Positions 56,161-64,000 of a stretch of DNA of 64,000 nucleotides are shown here, one piece after another; position 1 is the stretch's first letter, and every line of letters begins with the position of its first letter. Under the pieces are notes generated by a model. It saw nothing but the letters and a program-made list of their open reading frames with translations, searched no databases and was not told the DNA's origin. The DNA comes from Pseudomonadota bacterium (lineage in GTDB: Bacteria; Myxococcota_A; Polyangia; GCA-2747355). The stretch lies in the NCBI GenBank assembly GCA_016702545.1, contig JADJDT010000029.1, positions 10,500 to 74,499 of the forward strand, given 5' to 3'. The position numbers were made by a program, and so were the translations under genes.

Positions 56161-57603
56161 TCAACGGACGCGCAGGTCGAGCTGCTGGTCGGTGAGGTTG
56201 GCGAAGAACACCAGCGCGGCGTCCGTGCCGTTGCTGGTCAGCAGTTCGGCCGAGACCTCGGCGCGGCGAAAGGGCAGGGTGGTCAGCGCCTGACCGAGTA
56301 GCTGGCCGGCCTCGGCATCGCGCAGCTCCGCGAGGCCGAGCTTGGTCGGGGGCTCGCCGCCGGCGACGAGGTCGGCGGTCTTGTAGAGGTAGATGCGGCC
56401 CGCGCTCGCCGCGCCCTTGACGCTGGCCGTCGGGGCACCGACCGCGAGCAGCACGCGATCGCTGCCCTCGAAGCGCCCGATCGCCAGCGCCTGACCGAAG
56501 GCCTCGCCGGCCTCCGGAGCGGCGACCGTAACGCGTAGGGTCGCGGCGCCGCTGCTATCGAAGTCGTAGACATAGACCGCGCCGGTGCCGCCAGCGGTCT
56601 TCGGCGCGCCGACCAGCAGCTCGAACTGCGGGTCGCTGTCGAGGTTGGTGAGGAGCAAGGAGCGGCCGAAGCCTGCGGCGCCGGCCGGCGGGGCGAGCAC
56701 GGTCAGCGGGCAGCCGCTGGCCCCGTCGGCGCAGGTCGCCAGGCCGCCGCCGGGCCGCAGCACGGCGACGAAGTTGCTGTCGGGTGCGGCGATCACCAGC
56801 TCGTCGGCCCCGTCGGCGCTCCCGTCCAGGTTACCCGCGGCCAGCGTGACGAAGGTGCTCTCGGGTGCCGCCGTGGCGGGCCAGCCCGGGATGCCGGTGC
56901 CAGCGATGACGTGCCGCGCCGGCTTGTTGGCCCAATCGTCGGAGAGATAGCCCCACAGCCGCCCGCGTCCGCCGACCAGCAGTCCCCGCGAGGTGGCGTT
57001 GCCGCTGCTGTCGCGGGCCAGCGCGAAGCTCACGACCGCGGCGCCGAAATCCGCCGCCTGTGTTTCCGCTGCCGGCGCGAGGTCGCCCGGCCGGAGGGTC
57101 GCCAGCGCCTTGAACGAGCGGAAGTCGGCCAGCACGACCAGCCCCGCCGCCTCGACGCTGGAGCTGCCGACGCTGGTGGCGCCGACGTAAGCGAAGGGCC
57201 CTTCGTCCGTGGCGGGGGCCGTGAGCACCCGCGCCAGGCTGCGCGGCTGGTGGTTGCCGAGGTCGAGGGCGGTGCTGTACTGGCTGCCGCTGCTCGCGCT
57301 CGCGCGGTGCTTGCCGTCGATGGCGAAGCGCGCGCTCAGCAGCCCGGGCCGACTGCCGGTGCCGGCCGCCAGCAGCACGCCACCCTCGTCGTCCGCGGGC
57401 AGCGCGGTGCCGAGCAGCAGGCCGCCGAAGAAGTCCGAGCTGAGACCCCCGCCGCGCTCGACGCGGGCGACGGGCACGCGCTGCTCGAGGTCGTCGAAGG
57501 GGCCGAAGCTGCAAGCCGACAGGGCGGCGCTCGCGCCGCCGAGCAGCAGCGCGAGTGCTACGCGGTGGCCCGTTCTCGTCGTGGTGGTGCGTGCAGGCAG
57601 CAT
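56161..57603 (-). CDS. FG-GAP (integrin-alpha-like) repeat lipoprotein
   Basis: N-terminus ...ALALLLGGASAALSACS (lipobox). FG-GAP-like repeats GFGRSLLLTNLDSDPQFELLVGAP...GAVYVY, FGQALAIGRFEGSDRVLLAVGAP...GRIYLY and FGAAVVSFALARDSSGN. Confidence 0.75.
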   Translation of the reverse strand: MLPARTTTTRTGHRVALALLLGGASAALSACSFGPFDDLEQRVPVARVERGGGLSSDFFGGLLLGTALPADDEGGVLLAAGTGSRPGLLSARFAIDGKHRASASSGSQYSTALDLGNHQPRSLARVLTAPATDEGPFAYVGATSVGSSSVEAAGLVVLADFRSFKALATLRPGDLAPAAETQAADFGAAVVSFALARDSSGNATSRGLLVGGRGRLWGYLSDDWANKPARHVIAGTGIPGWPATAAPESTFVTLAAGNLDGSADGADELVIAAPDSNFVAVLRPGGGLATCADGASGCPLTVLAPPAGAAGFGRSLLLTNLDSDPQFELLVGAPKTAGGTGAVYVYDFDSSGAATLRVTVAAPEAGEAFGQALAIGRFEGSDRVLLAVGAPTASVKGAASAGRIYLYKTADLVAGGEPPTKLGLAELRDAEAGQLLGQALTTLPFRRAEVSAELLTSNGTDAALVFFANLTDQQLDLRVR

Positions 57604-59111
57604 CAGAACCTCACTTCTGTGGTGACACCGGCGAAGGTCGGGCCGAGTACCGGGGTCAGCGCCACCCGGCGTGTCTCCGTTTCGCCGTAGGAGTCCGGGC
57701 CCTCGTTACGCACGAGGTAATAGACGCCCAGTACGCCGACCACGCCGCCGAGGGCGAAGAGCGAGTCGGCCACGACGGCCGCCACGCGACCCTCGAGGAA
57801 GCGCCGGTCCGAGCGATCGATCAGCGCGCCGCCCTTGATGTCGGCCTCGAGGCCATCCTTGCGCTTGTTGCTGACGATCGCCGCGCCGACGCCCACGCCC
57901 AGCAATGCGGCCGCCATGCCGAAGGAAACGTAGGCCTTGGTGCGCGAGGGCTCCGGGTTGAGGCGCACGGCGAGTTGCACCTCCTCGGCCTTGGACACGC
58001 TGATCCGCGTCTCGTAGGCCTTGAAACCTTCGCGCTCGAGGCGCACGCGGTGGTCGCCGACGGTGATCTCCGCGCGGCAGGGCGTGCCGCTGCAGGTGAC
58101 GAGCCGGCCATCCACGCGGATCTGCGCCCCGCGCGTCGTGCGTCCGGTGACGCGCAGCCAGCCGTGGCGGACCGGCTCGAGCGTGAAGTTGACGACGTGG
58201 GTTTGGCCGGCGACGACGTTCACCTGGCGCTCGAAGTCGGCGTAGCCCTCGCGCGCGACGACGACCTTGCGGCGGCCGGGCAGGAGGTACCCGCTATAGG
58301 GCGTGTGCCCGACCGCGCCGAACTGGCGCTGGTCGAAGAATACGCTGGCGCCGGGGATGTTGCCCTTGACCTCGATCCAGCCGAGGTTGCGCTGCGGGGT
58401 CAGCGCAAAATAGAGGTAGGTCAGCCGATCGGTGCGCACGCTGACGGTCTTGCGCACCGTGGTGAAGTCCTTGAGCTCGATGATCAGCGTCTGCTGGCCT
58501 GGTGGCAGGCTGCCGGTGTAGGGCGCGCGGGTGAAGATGCCGTTCTTCTTGTCGCCGAGGTAGATCGCCGCCCCTTCGGGAGCGGACTCGATGACGACCA
58601 GGCCCTTGGGCTGCACCGGCGGCAGCGTGGGGAGCGCGGGCTGCACGGGTTGCACGGGTTGACTCGTGGGCTGCGAGGTCGCCGACGAAGCCTTGTCCGT
58701 CGAGGGGGCCTCCACCGGCACAGGCGGACTCAGATAGCTGCGAATGGCGCCGATGCGCGCTTCGACCATCTTGTGGTCCTGGCTGTGCGGCTCCGCGGCC
58801 AGGAAGCGCTCGTAGAACTCCAGCGCGCGCTGGAAGTCCTTGTTCTTCTCGTAACAGACGGCGACGTTGAAGAGGAACGCGCTGAAGGGCTTGGCCTCGT
58901 AGGCGCTGCGAAAGCGCAGCGCGGCGGCGAGGAAGTCGCCTTGCAAATAGAGGTTCTGCCCCTCGTCGAAGTGATCCTTGGCCTGTTGGGTAGCGCTGTC
59001 CTGGGCCCCCGCGGCGCCCGGGGCCAGCAGCGCGGCCAGCAGCAAGGCCAGAGACAGCCCGCGCCGCGCCCAGGTGTGGGGTCGAGCAGATACGTGACGC
59101 CAATAGCGCAT
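57603..59111 (-). CDS. Secreted TPR plus multi-PEGA-domain protein with C-terminal TM/anchor region
   Basis: Signal peptide LSLALLLAALLAPGAAGAQD. TPR-like FDEGQNLYLQGDFLAAALRFRSAYE...NVAVCYEKNKDFQRALEFYERFL. At least three PEGA-like units (VVIESAPEGAAIYLGD, IEVKGNIPGASVFFDQ, LRVTGRTTRGAQIRVDG). Its stop shares 1 nt with the next gene's start. Confidence 0.8.
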   Translation of the reverse strand: MRYWRHVSARPHTWARRGLSLALLLAALLAPGAAGAQDSATQQAKDHFDEGQNLYLQGDFLAAALRFRSAYEAKPFSAFLFNVAVCYEKNKDFQRALEFYERFLAAEPHSQDHKMVEARIGAIRSYLSPPVPVEAPSTDKASSATSQPTSQPVQPVQPALPTLPPVQPKGLVVIESAPEGAAIYLGDKKNGIFTRAPYTGSLPPGQQTLIIELKDFTTVRKTVSVRTDRLTYLYFALTPQRNLGWIEVKGNIPGASVFFDQRQFGAVGHTPYSGYLLPGRRKVVVAREGYADFERQVNVVAGQTHVVNFTLEPVRHGWLRVTGRTTRGAQIRVDGRLVTCSGTPCRAEITVGDHRVRLEREGFKAYETRISVSKAEEVQLAVRLNPEPSRTKAYVSFGMAAALLGVGVGAAIVSNKRKDGLEADIKGGALIDRSDRRFLEGRVAAVVADSLFALGGVVGVLGVYYLVRNEGPDSYGETETRRVALTPVLGPTFAGVTTEVRF

Positions 59112-59310
59112 GAACGAACCTCGTCTCGTTGGGGCTCGGCGATCCGAGCGCGCCGCGTTCGAGCGTGAATGCGGTGAACGCCGGCATTATTGACCGCCGC
59201 CGCTTGGCGCTGTCAACGCCCGTGGCAAGATAGGGGCAAGACGCCCCGGCCCTGCCAACCCCGCGCTTCGGCGGGCCGAGGCCCGTGACGGGGGCGGCGG
59301 GCGTGTTACC

Positions 59311-59853
59311 GTGGGCGGGATGAAGCAGGTCGCCAAACGTGGCGTGCTCGTGCCGGTCGCGCAGGCCCTGCGGCGGCTGGTCAGCCGGCGCGGCATCGAG
59401 ATGCCGCTGCGGCAGCATGCGGTCGCGGCGCGCTGGGCGGAGCTGGTCGGCGCCCGCATCGCGGCCCACTGCTGGCCGCTCGACCTGCGCGATGGTGCGT
59501 TGACCGTGGCCGTCGCCGACAGCTCCTGGCTCCACCAGCTCAGCTTCCTGCGGGCCGAGCTGGTGGTGCGCATCCGGGCCAAGCTGCCCGACTGCGAGGT
59601 CGAGTCGATGCGCCTCGTCGCGGCGGCCCAGCTGCGACGCGCGCGGCCAGACGCGCTGAGCGGGACCTTGCGCCTGCCGGACGCGGAGAAGGAGAACGTC
59701 TCAACCGCCCAGCGCCAGCAGGCGGAGGCCCGCGCCGACGCCGAGCTGCCCGCGTTGCCCGATGGCGAGCTCAGGCGTCACATCGTCTCGGCGCGAGCGG
59801 CGCAGCTCGCCGTCGACCGGGGGCAGAGCGGGCCAGGATCCGCCCGCTCGTAG
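59311..59853 (+). CDS. DUF721/DciA-like protein
   Basis: ...LRQHAVAARWAELVGARIAAHCWPLDLRDGALTVAVADSSWLHQLSFLRAELVVRI matches the family pattern as I recall it. ATG 59320 is an alternative start. Confidence 0.65.
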   Translation: MGGMKQVAKRGVLVPVAQALRRLVSRRGIEMPLRQHAVAARWAELVGARIAAHCWPLDLRDGALTVAVADSSWLHQLSFLRAELVVRIRAKLPDCEVESMRLVAAAQLRRARPDALSGTLRLPDAEKENVSTAQRQQAEARADAELPALPDGELRRHIVSARAAQLAVDRGQSGPGSARS

Positions 59854-59904
59854 CGGGCGACGCCACCGGCGCGCGCGGCCTTCGAAGGGTTGCCCCGTGG
59901 CGGG

Positions 59905-60633
59905 CTACGCCCGCTTGCGCAGCTCGAGCAAGTTCAGGAAGCAGAAGCCCGGCCAGGCGAGGGTGGCATTGAGCAGGCGGTGCAGGGGCAGCGAGCGAGC
60001 GGGGGCGAACCAGGTCAGGGCGGAGATCAGCGGGAAGGTCGGGAAGACGCCGCGCCTGCTCAGTACCTCGAAGCCGCTGTCCTTGATCAGCTCGAGGTAC
60101 TCGGCGATCGGCCGGTCGCCCGGATGGCGCTCGGCCTGCGACGTCCGCAGCAGGCGCCCGGCGAAGAGGAAGGCCAGGCGCGAGGCGAAATGGGCCAGGT
60201 TGGGCAGCGAGACCAAGGCGCGCCCGCCCGGCTTGAGCACGCGGGCCAGCTCGCTGAAGGCCTGCGCCTGCGTGGCATAGCCGAGGTGCTCGATCACATC
60301 GAGGGCCAGCACCAGGTCAAAGCTGCCGGGCTCCCAGGGCAGCTGGGTGATGTCCCCGCGCGTGACGAAGGGCGAGCTGTAGTGCAGGTCGAGTCCCTGA
60401 ATGTCCCGACCCTGCTTGCGGTACTCCTCGACGAGCAGGCCCTCGCCACAGCCGACATCGAGGATGCGAGCCTGCGCGGCCGGCACCCGATCGAGGTACG
60501 CGCGGACGCGCGCCAGCTTCTCGACGTAGACCGGATAGTAGCGCCAGCTCGGGTCGGGCTCGCGATGGTAGTCGCCACGCTGCTGATATTCGCCGGCACG
60601 CGCGGGAGGGATCGACGAAGTCGAGGTGTCCAT
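59905..60633 (-). CDS. Class I SAM-dependent methyltransferase
   Basis: ATG 60633 gives MDTSTSS.... Motif I ILDVGCGEGLL; post-I GLDL; later LKPGGRALVSLPN. Confidence 0.8.
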   Translation of the reverse strand: MDTSTSSIPPARAGEYQQRGDYHREPDPSWRYYPVYVEKLARVRAYLDRVPAAQARILDVGCGEGLLVEEYRKQGRDIQGLDLHYSSPFVTRGDITQLPWEPGSFDLVLALDVIEHLGYATQAQAFSELARVLKPGGRALVSLPNLAHFASRLAFLFAGRLLRTSQAERHPGDRPIAEYLELIKDSGFEVLSRRGVFPTFPLISALTWFAPARSLPLHRLLNATLAWPGFCFLNLLELRKRA

Positions 60634-60858
60634 GAGGCCGCCTATACCCCGAAAATTGCCCTGGCCGCCATGCAGAAAATGGCCATCAGAACCTGGCGCG
60701 CGAGGGGAGCGGTCCCGCCTCTTCGCGTGTTCCCACCGCATGGGCTTGCTCCGAAGGGGATGGCCTCGATGGATCGTCGCGCAGGCTCGTGGCCCCTCCC
60801 ACTATCCGTCTGCGCTCGGGTCTACTCAACGGCGCACGCGACGCCCGCGAGCGGGTCG

Positions 60859-60886
60859 GGTTGACAGAGGTGGTGAGGCCGATAGA
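60859..60886 (+). promoter_or_regulatory. Candidate sigma-70-type promoter for the efflux operon
   Basis: TTGACA (60859-60864), 16-nt spacer, TAGAGT (60881-60886), ~80 nt upstream of the small Cys-rich ORF. Confidence 0.4.
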
Positions 60887-60965
60887 GTTGTCTACACACG
60901 TTATGAGAACGGCATGAATCCAGCGAGCGCAGCCCCACTGCGCCACCTTACGGCGACGAGGGCCC

Positions 60966-61331
60966 GTGGCGGAGGCGCGCGGCGTGCGCTGTGTGCTGGG
61001 GCGCCCGGTCGTCGCGCCGGCCCTAGTGGTCGCTGTGGTGGTCTTCGCGGCGGCCGGCGCCTGGTGGCTCGCGCCGGCGAGCCTGGAGCGGGCGCGCCCC
61101 TTCTTGCACTCGACCTCGCACTCGACGTGCCCGGACGCGGGCGACGATGGCAATCCTTGCGATCCCACTTGCCCCTGCTCGTGCTGCCCCGGTCACGCGC
61201 CAGCGGTGGCCTTCCTGTCGCTGCGAATCACGACCCAGGCCCCGTCATCGCAGCCGCGTCGGGTCTCGCATGCCGACGACGTGCAACCGAACGACCTCCC
61301 CTTTCGCATCTTCCACCCGCCGCGCGCCTGA
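60966..61331 (+). CDS. Small membrane-anchored Cys-rich protein (C-D-P-T-C-P-C-S-C-C-P-G-H motif, C-terminal HPPRA) preceding the efflux genes
   Basis: The 121-aa ORF has one hydrophobic segment (VVAPALVVAVVVFAAAGAWWL), His/Cys/Asp-rich LHSTSHSTCPDAGDDGNPCDPTCPCSCCPGH and a terminal FHPPRA. The start codon is uncertain (GTG). Confidence 0.5.
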   Translation: MAEARGVRCVLGRPVVAPALVVAVVVFAAAGAWWLAPASLERARPFLHSTSHSTCPDAGDDGNPCDPTCPCSCCPGHAPAVAFLSLRITTQAPSSQPRRVSHADDVQPNDLPFRIFHPPRA

Positions 61332-61391
61332 GCTCCGTCGCTCGCGCGATCTCGACGTGTCCTTGGGCGTCCTTGCCTGCAGGTGGTTGCC

Positions 61392-62697
61392 ATGCGTTGC
61401 ACGGCCCTGCGTGCCTCCCTTGGGAGGCGCGATCAGCTCCTGTTCGTCGTCCTGCTGCTGGCCAGCCCGGCGCGGGCCAACCCGGGCCCGGTCGCTGCCG
61501 TAGCCGCGCCGGCCGCAGCCTCGAGGCTCTCCTCCACCAGCGCCGTCAGCGTCGACTGGCCGGCCGTCGTTCGGCTGGTGCAGCAGCATCCCCGACTCGC
61601 CGCGGGCAGGCTGCTGGTCGATGCGGCTCGCGGGGGCGTCGACGCGGCCCTAGCCGTGCCCAACCCGACGCTGGCGGGCAGCGTCGGCCAGGGGCGGGCG
61701 CGCAGCGGGGACGCCTCGCGCGCCGAGGTGGGGCTGGCGCTGACGATGCCCCTCTCTTGGCTCGCCCAGCGCCGGTCGCGGGTCGACGCGGCGGCGGGCG
61801 AAGTCGAGCTGGCGGTGGCCGAGAGCGAGGCGCTCAGGCGAGCCGTGCTGGTACAGCTCAGGACACTGTTCTGGAGCCTGGCCTACGAGCAAGCCCGAGT
61901 CGCGGCGCACGAGGCCTTGCTGGGCCAGACCTCGACGCTCGTTCGCCTGGTCCGGCGGCGCGTGGAGATGGGAGAGGTTCGCCCCGTGGAGGGGATCCGG
62001 GTCGAGATCGAGCTCGAGAAGATCACCAGCGACCTGGAGTCGGCACGGGTCGCCTGCGCGGCCCGCCAGGCTGAGCTCGCATTGTGGGTCGGCCTGCCCG
62101 TGGGCCAGGCACTCGTCGCTGTCGCCGACCTGGAGACGCTACCCCGCGCCATGGCGCGCGACACGGCCCTGGCCCGTGCGACGCATCCGGCGCTGGGGGT
62201 CGCTCGGGCGCGCGCACGGTTGCTCGCCGCGGAGGTGGGCACCGAGCGGATGGCGCGTGTCCCAGCGCTGTCCGTCAACGGTTTCACGCTGCACGAGCTC
62301 GATCGCCGAGCCTATGGGGTCGGGCTCACTGTCGACCTGCCGCTCGGCAACTGGAACGCCGGGCGGATCGCCCAGGCCGAGGCCAGGCTGGCGGCGGGTC
62401 GAAAGGCAAGCCGAGGCCACGCGACTGGAGATCGCGGCGAGCATCGTCGAGGCCCAGGCCGCCTGCCGGGCGGCGGTCCTGACCGCAACCCGCTTCCGCA
62501 ACAACGTGGTGCCGCGCGCGGCGACCGCCGCGGCCACGATGGCCAGGACCTACCAGCTCGGCGAGACGAGCCTGCTCGAGGTCATCGACGCCCGTCGGAC
62601 CCTGCTCGACGCGCGCCGCCTCGAGCTGAGCGCGCTGGCGCAAGCCCAAATCGACTGCAGCCGTCTCCGCGCGCTGGTCGGAGAGGAGCCTCAATGA
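61392..62697 (+). pseudogene. TolC/CzcC-family outer-membrane efflux protein, frame broken (+1) at G-run 62396-62398
   Basis: Signal peptide MRCTALRASLGRRDQLLFVVLLLASPARA. Coiled-coil repeats. After ...AEARLAA the sequence continues in the frame of ORF 62176..62697 (VERQAEATRLEIAASIVEAQAA...LLEVIDARRTLLDARRLEL...). ATGA overlap with the next gene. Confidence 0.8.
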
Positions 62698-64000
62698 GTA
62701 TTCGACCCACCCTCGATGCCCTCGCGCTGGTCCTGCTGACCGCGAGCCTGTCCTGCCACGGCGGTGATCGAAGCGAGGTCGCCAACGCCAGGCCCGCCCC
62801 AGCCGACGACCACGCGGAGCACGGACGATCGGACGGCGAGGGCCAGCCGGAGGGGGCTGAGGCCAAGCCGCCCTCGGATCTCGACAGCCCGGTTGAGGTG
62901 CTGGTGGCGCGCACCTGCGAGCACCAGAAGAAGACCTTCGAGTGCGACCAGTGTCGCTACGAGGTCGGCTTCGTGCGCGCGCCCGCGAGCCTCATGCAGG
63001 GCGGGCTGATCACGACGGTCAAGGCCGAGCAGCAGAGGGTCGCGGTGCCGATCGCGCTCACGGGTGAGATCCGCTTCGACGAGCGACGCGTGGGCCACGT
63101 CAGTTCGCAGGTGCAGGGCATCGTCAAGCAGGTGCACGTCGCGCTCGGCGACCGGGTCAAGCAGGGCCAGGCGCTGGTCAGGATCGAGAGCGTCGTGGTG
63201 GGGAGGCGCAGGCCGCCTACCTCGAAACCCACGGGCTGCTGACGCTGGCCCGCCGCAACTTCGAGCGGGTGTCCATGCTGCGCCGCGAGCACATCGCCTC
63301 CGAGAAGGAGTTCCTCCTGGCGCAGCAGGAGCGCGAGGCCGCCGCGATTCGCACCGAGGGGGCGCGCGGCAAGCTCAGGCGCCTGGGGACGCAGGGGGCC
63401 GCGCGCGGGCGGTTGGTGCTCCGCGCCCCGATCGACGGGTCCGTGCTGGTGATGCACGCGGTGTCGGGCGAGGTCGCCCAGACCGATGAACCACTGGTCA
63501 CCGTGGGTGACAACACGACGGTCTGGGTCTGGGCCGATCTTTACGAGCGCGACATCGCCACGGTGACGAGGGGACAGGCGGCACAGCGGCTCACGGCGTC
63601 GATCGCCGTCAGGGCCTACCCTGGCGAGAGCTTCCCCGGGACCGTCGATCTGGTCAGCCCGGCGATGGACGAGTCCTCGCGCACGGTGAAGGTGCGGGTT
63701 GCGGTGAAGAACCCAGATGGCCGGCTCCTGGCCGGGATGTTCGCCGCGCTGCAGCTCTTTCTGCCGGGGCCGAGCAGACCCTGGTGGTCCCCGCGTGGCG
63801 CTGCTGGAGGACGAGGGAAGAACGTTCGTCTTCGTCCACCACCACGGCGACTACTACCTGCGCCGACCCGTCGTCGCGGGGCGCCGCTGGGCCGGGTGGG
63901 TGGAGATCGCGCGGGCTTCGGGCCGGCCCAGACGGTGGTCGCCACGAGGGGCCTTTCTGATGAAGTCCGACGTCCTGCGCTCGAAGATGGGCGCCGGCTG
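62694..64000 (+). pseudogene. Efflux RND periplasmic adaptor (CzcB/HlyD family), 3' end outside the window, with at least three frame breaks
   Basis: Lipoprotein-like MSIRPTLDALALVLLTASLSCHGG. A His/Asp/Glu-rich stretch, then CEHQKKTFECDQC. Lipoyl-like GIVKQVHVALGDRVKQGQALVRIES. Continuity (...VVGEAQAAYLE..., ...LFLPGAEQTLVVPRVALLEDEGRTFVFVHHHGDYY..., ...GAFLMKSDVLRSKMGAG) needs one extra base at each of 63200-63203, 63766-63769 and 63789-63792. Confidence 0.8.

Noticed and set aside
59186-59216. Minus-strand sigma-70-like promoter (perfect TTGACA plus AATAAT) upstream of the TPR-PEGA gene
   Set aside because: The spacer is 19 nt, outside the usual 16-18 nt range. I kept it only as a note. 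The plus-strand TGGCAA-N4-GGGGCA at 59223-59238 was also judged too weak for a sigma-54 call.
63906-63960. Additional compensating frame changes in the adaptor (alternative reading GFGPAQTVVATRG versus ASGRPRRWSPRG)
   Set aside because: The frame is the same on both sides of the segment. I could not identify unambiguous indel sites, so I leave this as uncertain rather than count it.

Overview
This is a roughly 70% GC chromosomal segment with strong third-position GC bias. Its gene content looks like Myxococcota: three Ser/Thr kinases, three sigma-54 enhancer-binding proteins (one with an FHA domain), many PEGA-domain and lipoprotein genes, and giant repeat proteins. That taxonomic call is an inference from content only.

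Gene order, left to right:
- The 3' part of a >2000-aa tandem Ig-like repeat protein.
- An MMPL/RND-type transporter and rlmJ.
- Two VapBC toxin-antitoxin pairs flanking an exported TldD/PmbA-like peptidase pair.
- A sensor kinase / sigma-54 response regulator pair next to a fatty-acid hydroxylase.
- A 1065-aa VIT-vWA protein, divergent from a Ser/Thr kinase-PilZ-Hsp70(NBD) fusion.
- A lipoprotein/PEGA cluster with an FHA-sigma-54 activator and a Ser/Thr kinase.
- A lone AmmeMemoRadiSam-type radical SAM enzyme, divergent from a ~2100-aa multi-propeller lipoprotein that carries a 9-bp coding tandem repeat.
- atpF'FHAGDC, with no a or c subunit genes.
- A co-directional envelope/signalling block: kinase-PEGA, outer-membrane protein, NtrC-type regulator, FG-GAP lipoprotein, TPR-PEGA protein.
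- The start of a CzcC/CzcB-like efflux operon, preceded by a small Cys-rich protein.

I recognised no rRNA, tRNA, CRISPR array, integrase or intact transposase.

Non-genic structure:
- A ~180-bp four-hairpin MITE/REP-like element in two full inverted copies plus one truncated copy. Its CTAG termini coincide with stop codons of flanking genes.
- Several short direct or inverted repeat arrays in promoter regions.
- A ~150-nt imperfect palindrome.

Caveat: I count twelve reading-frame breaks, and nine are a single missing base in a G or C run. Many apparent pseudogenes may therefore be sequencing artefacts. All domain calls rest on motif recognition by eye, not on searches.
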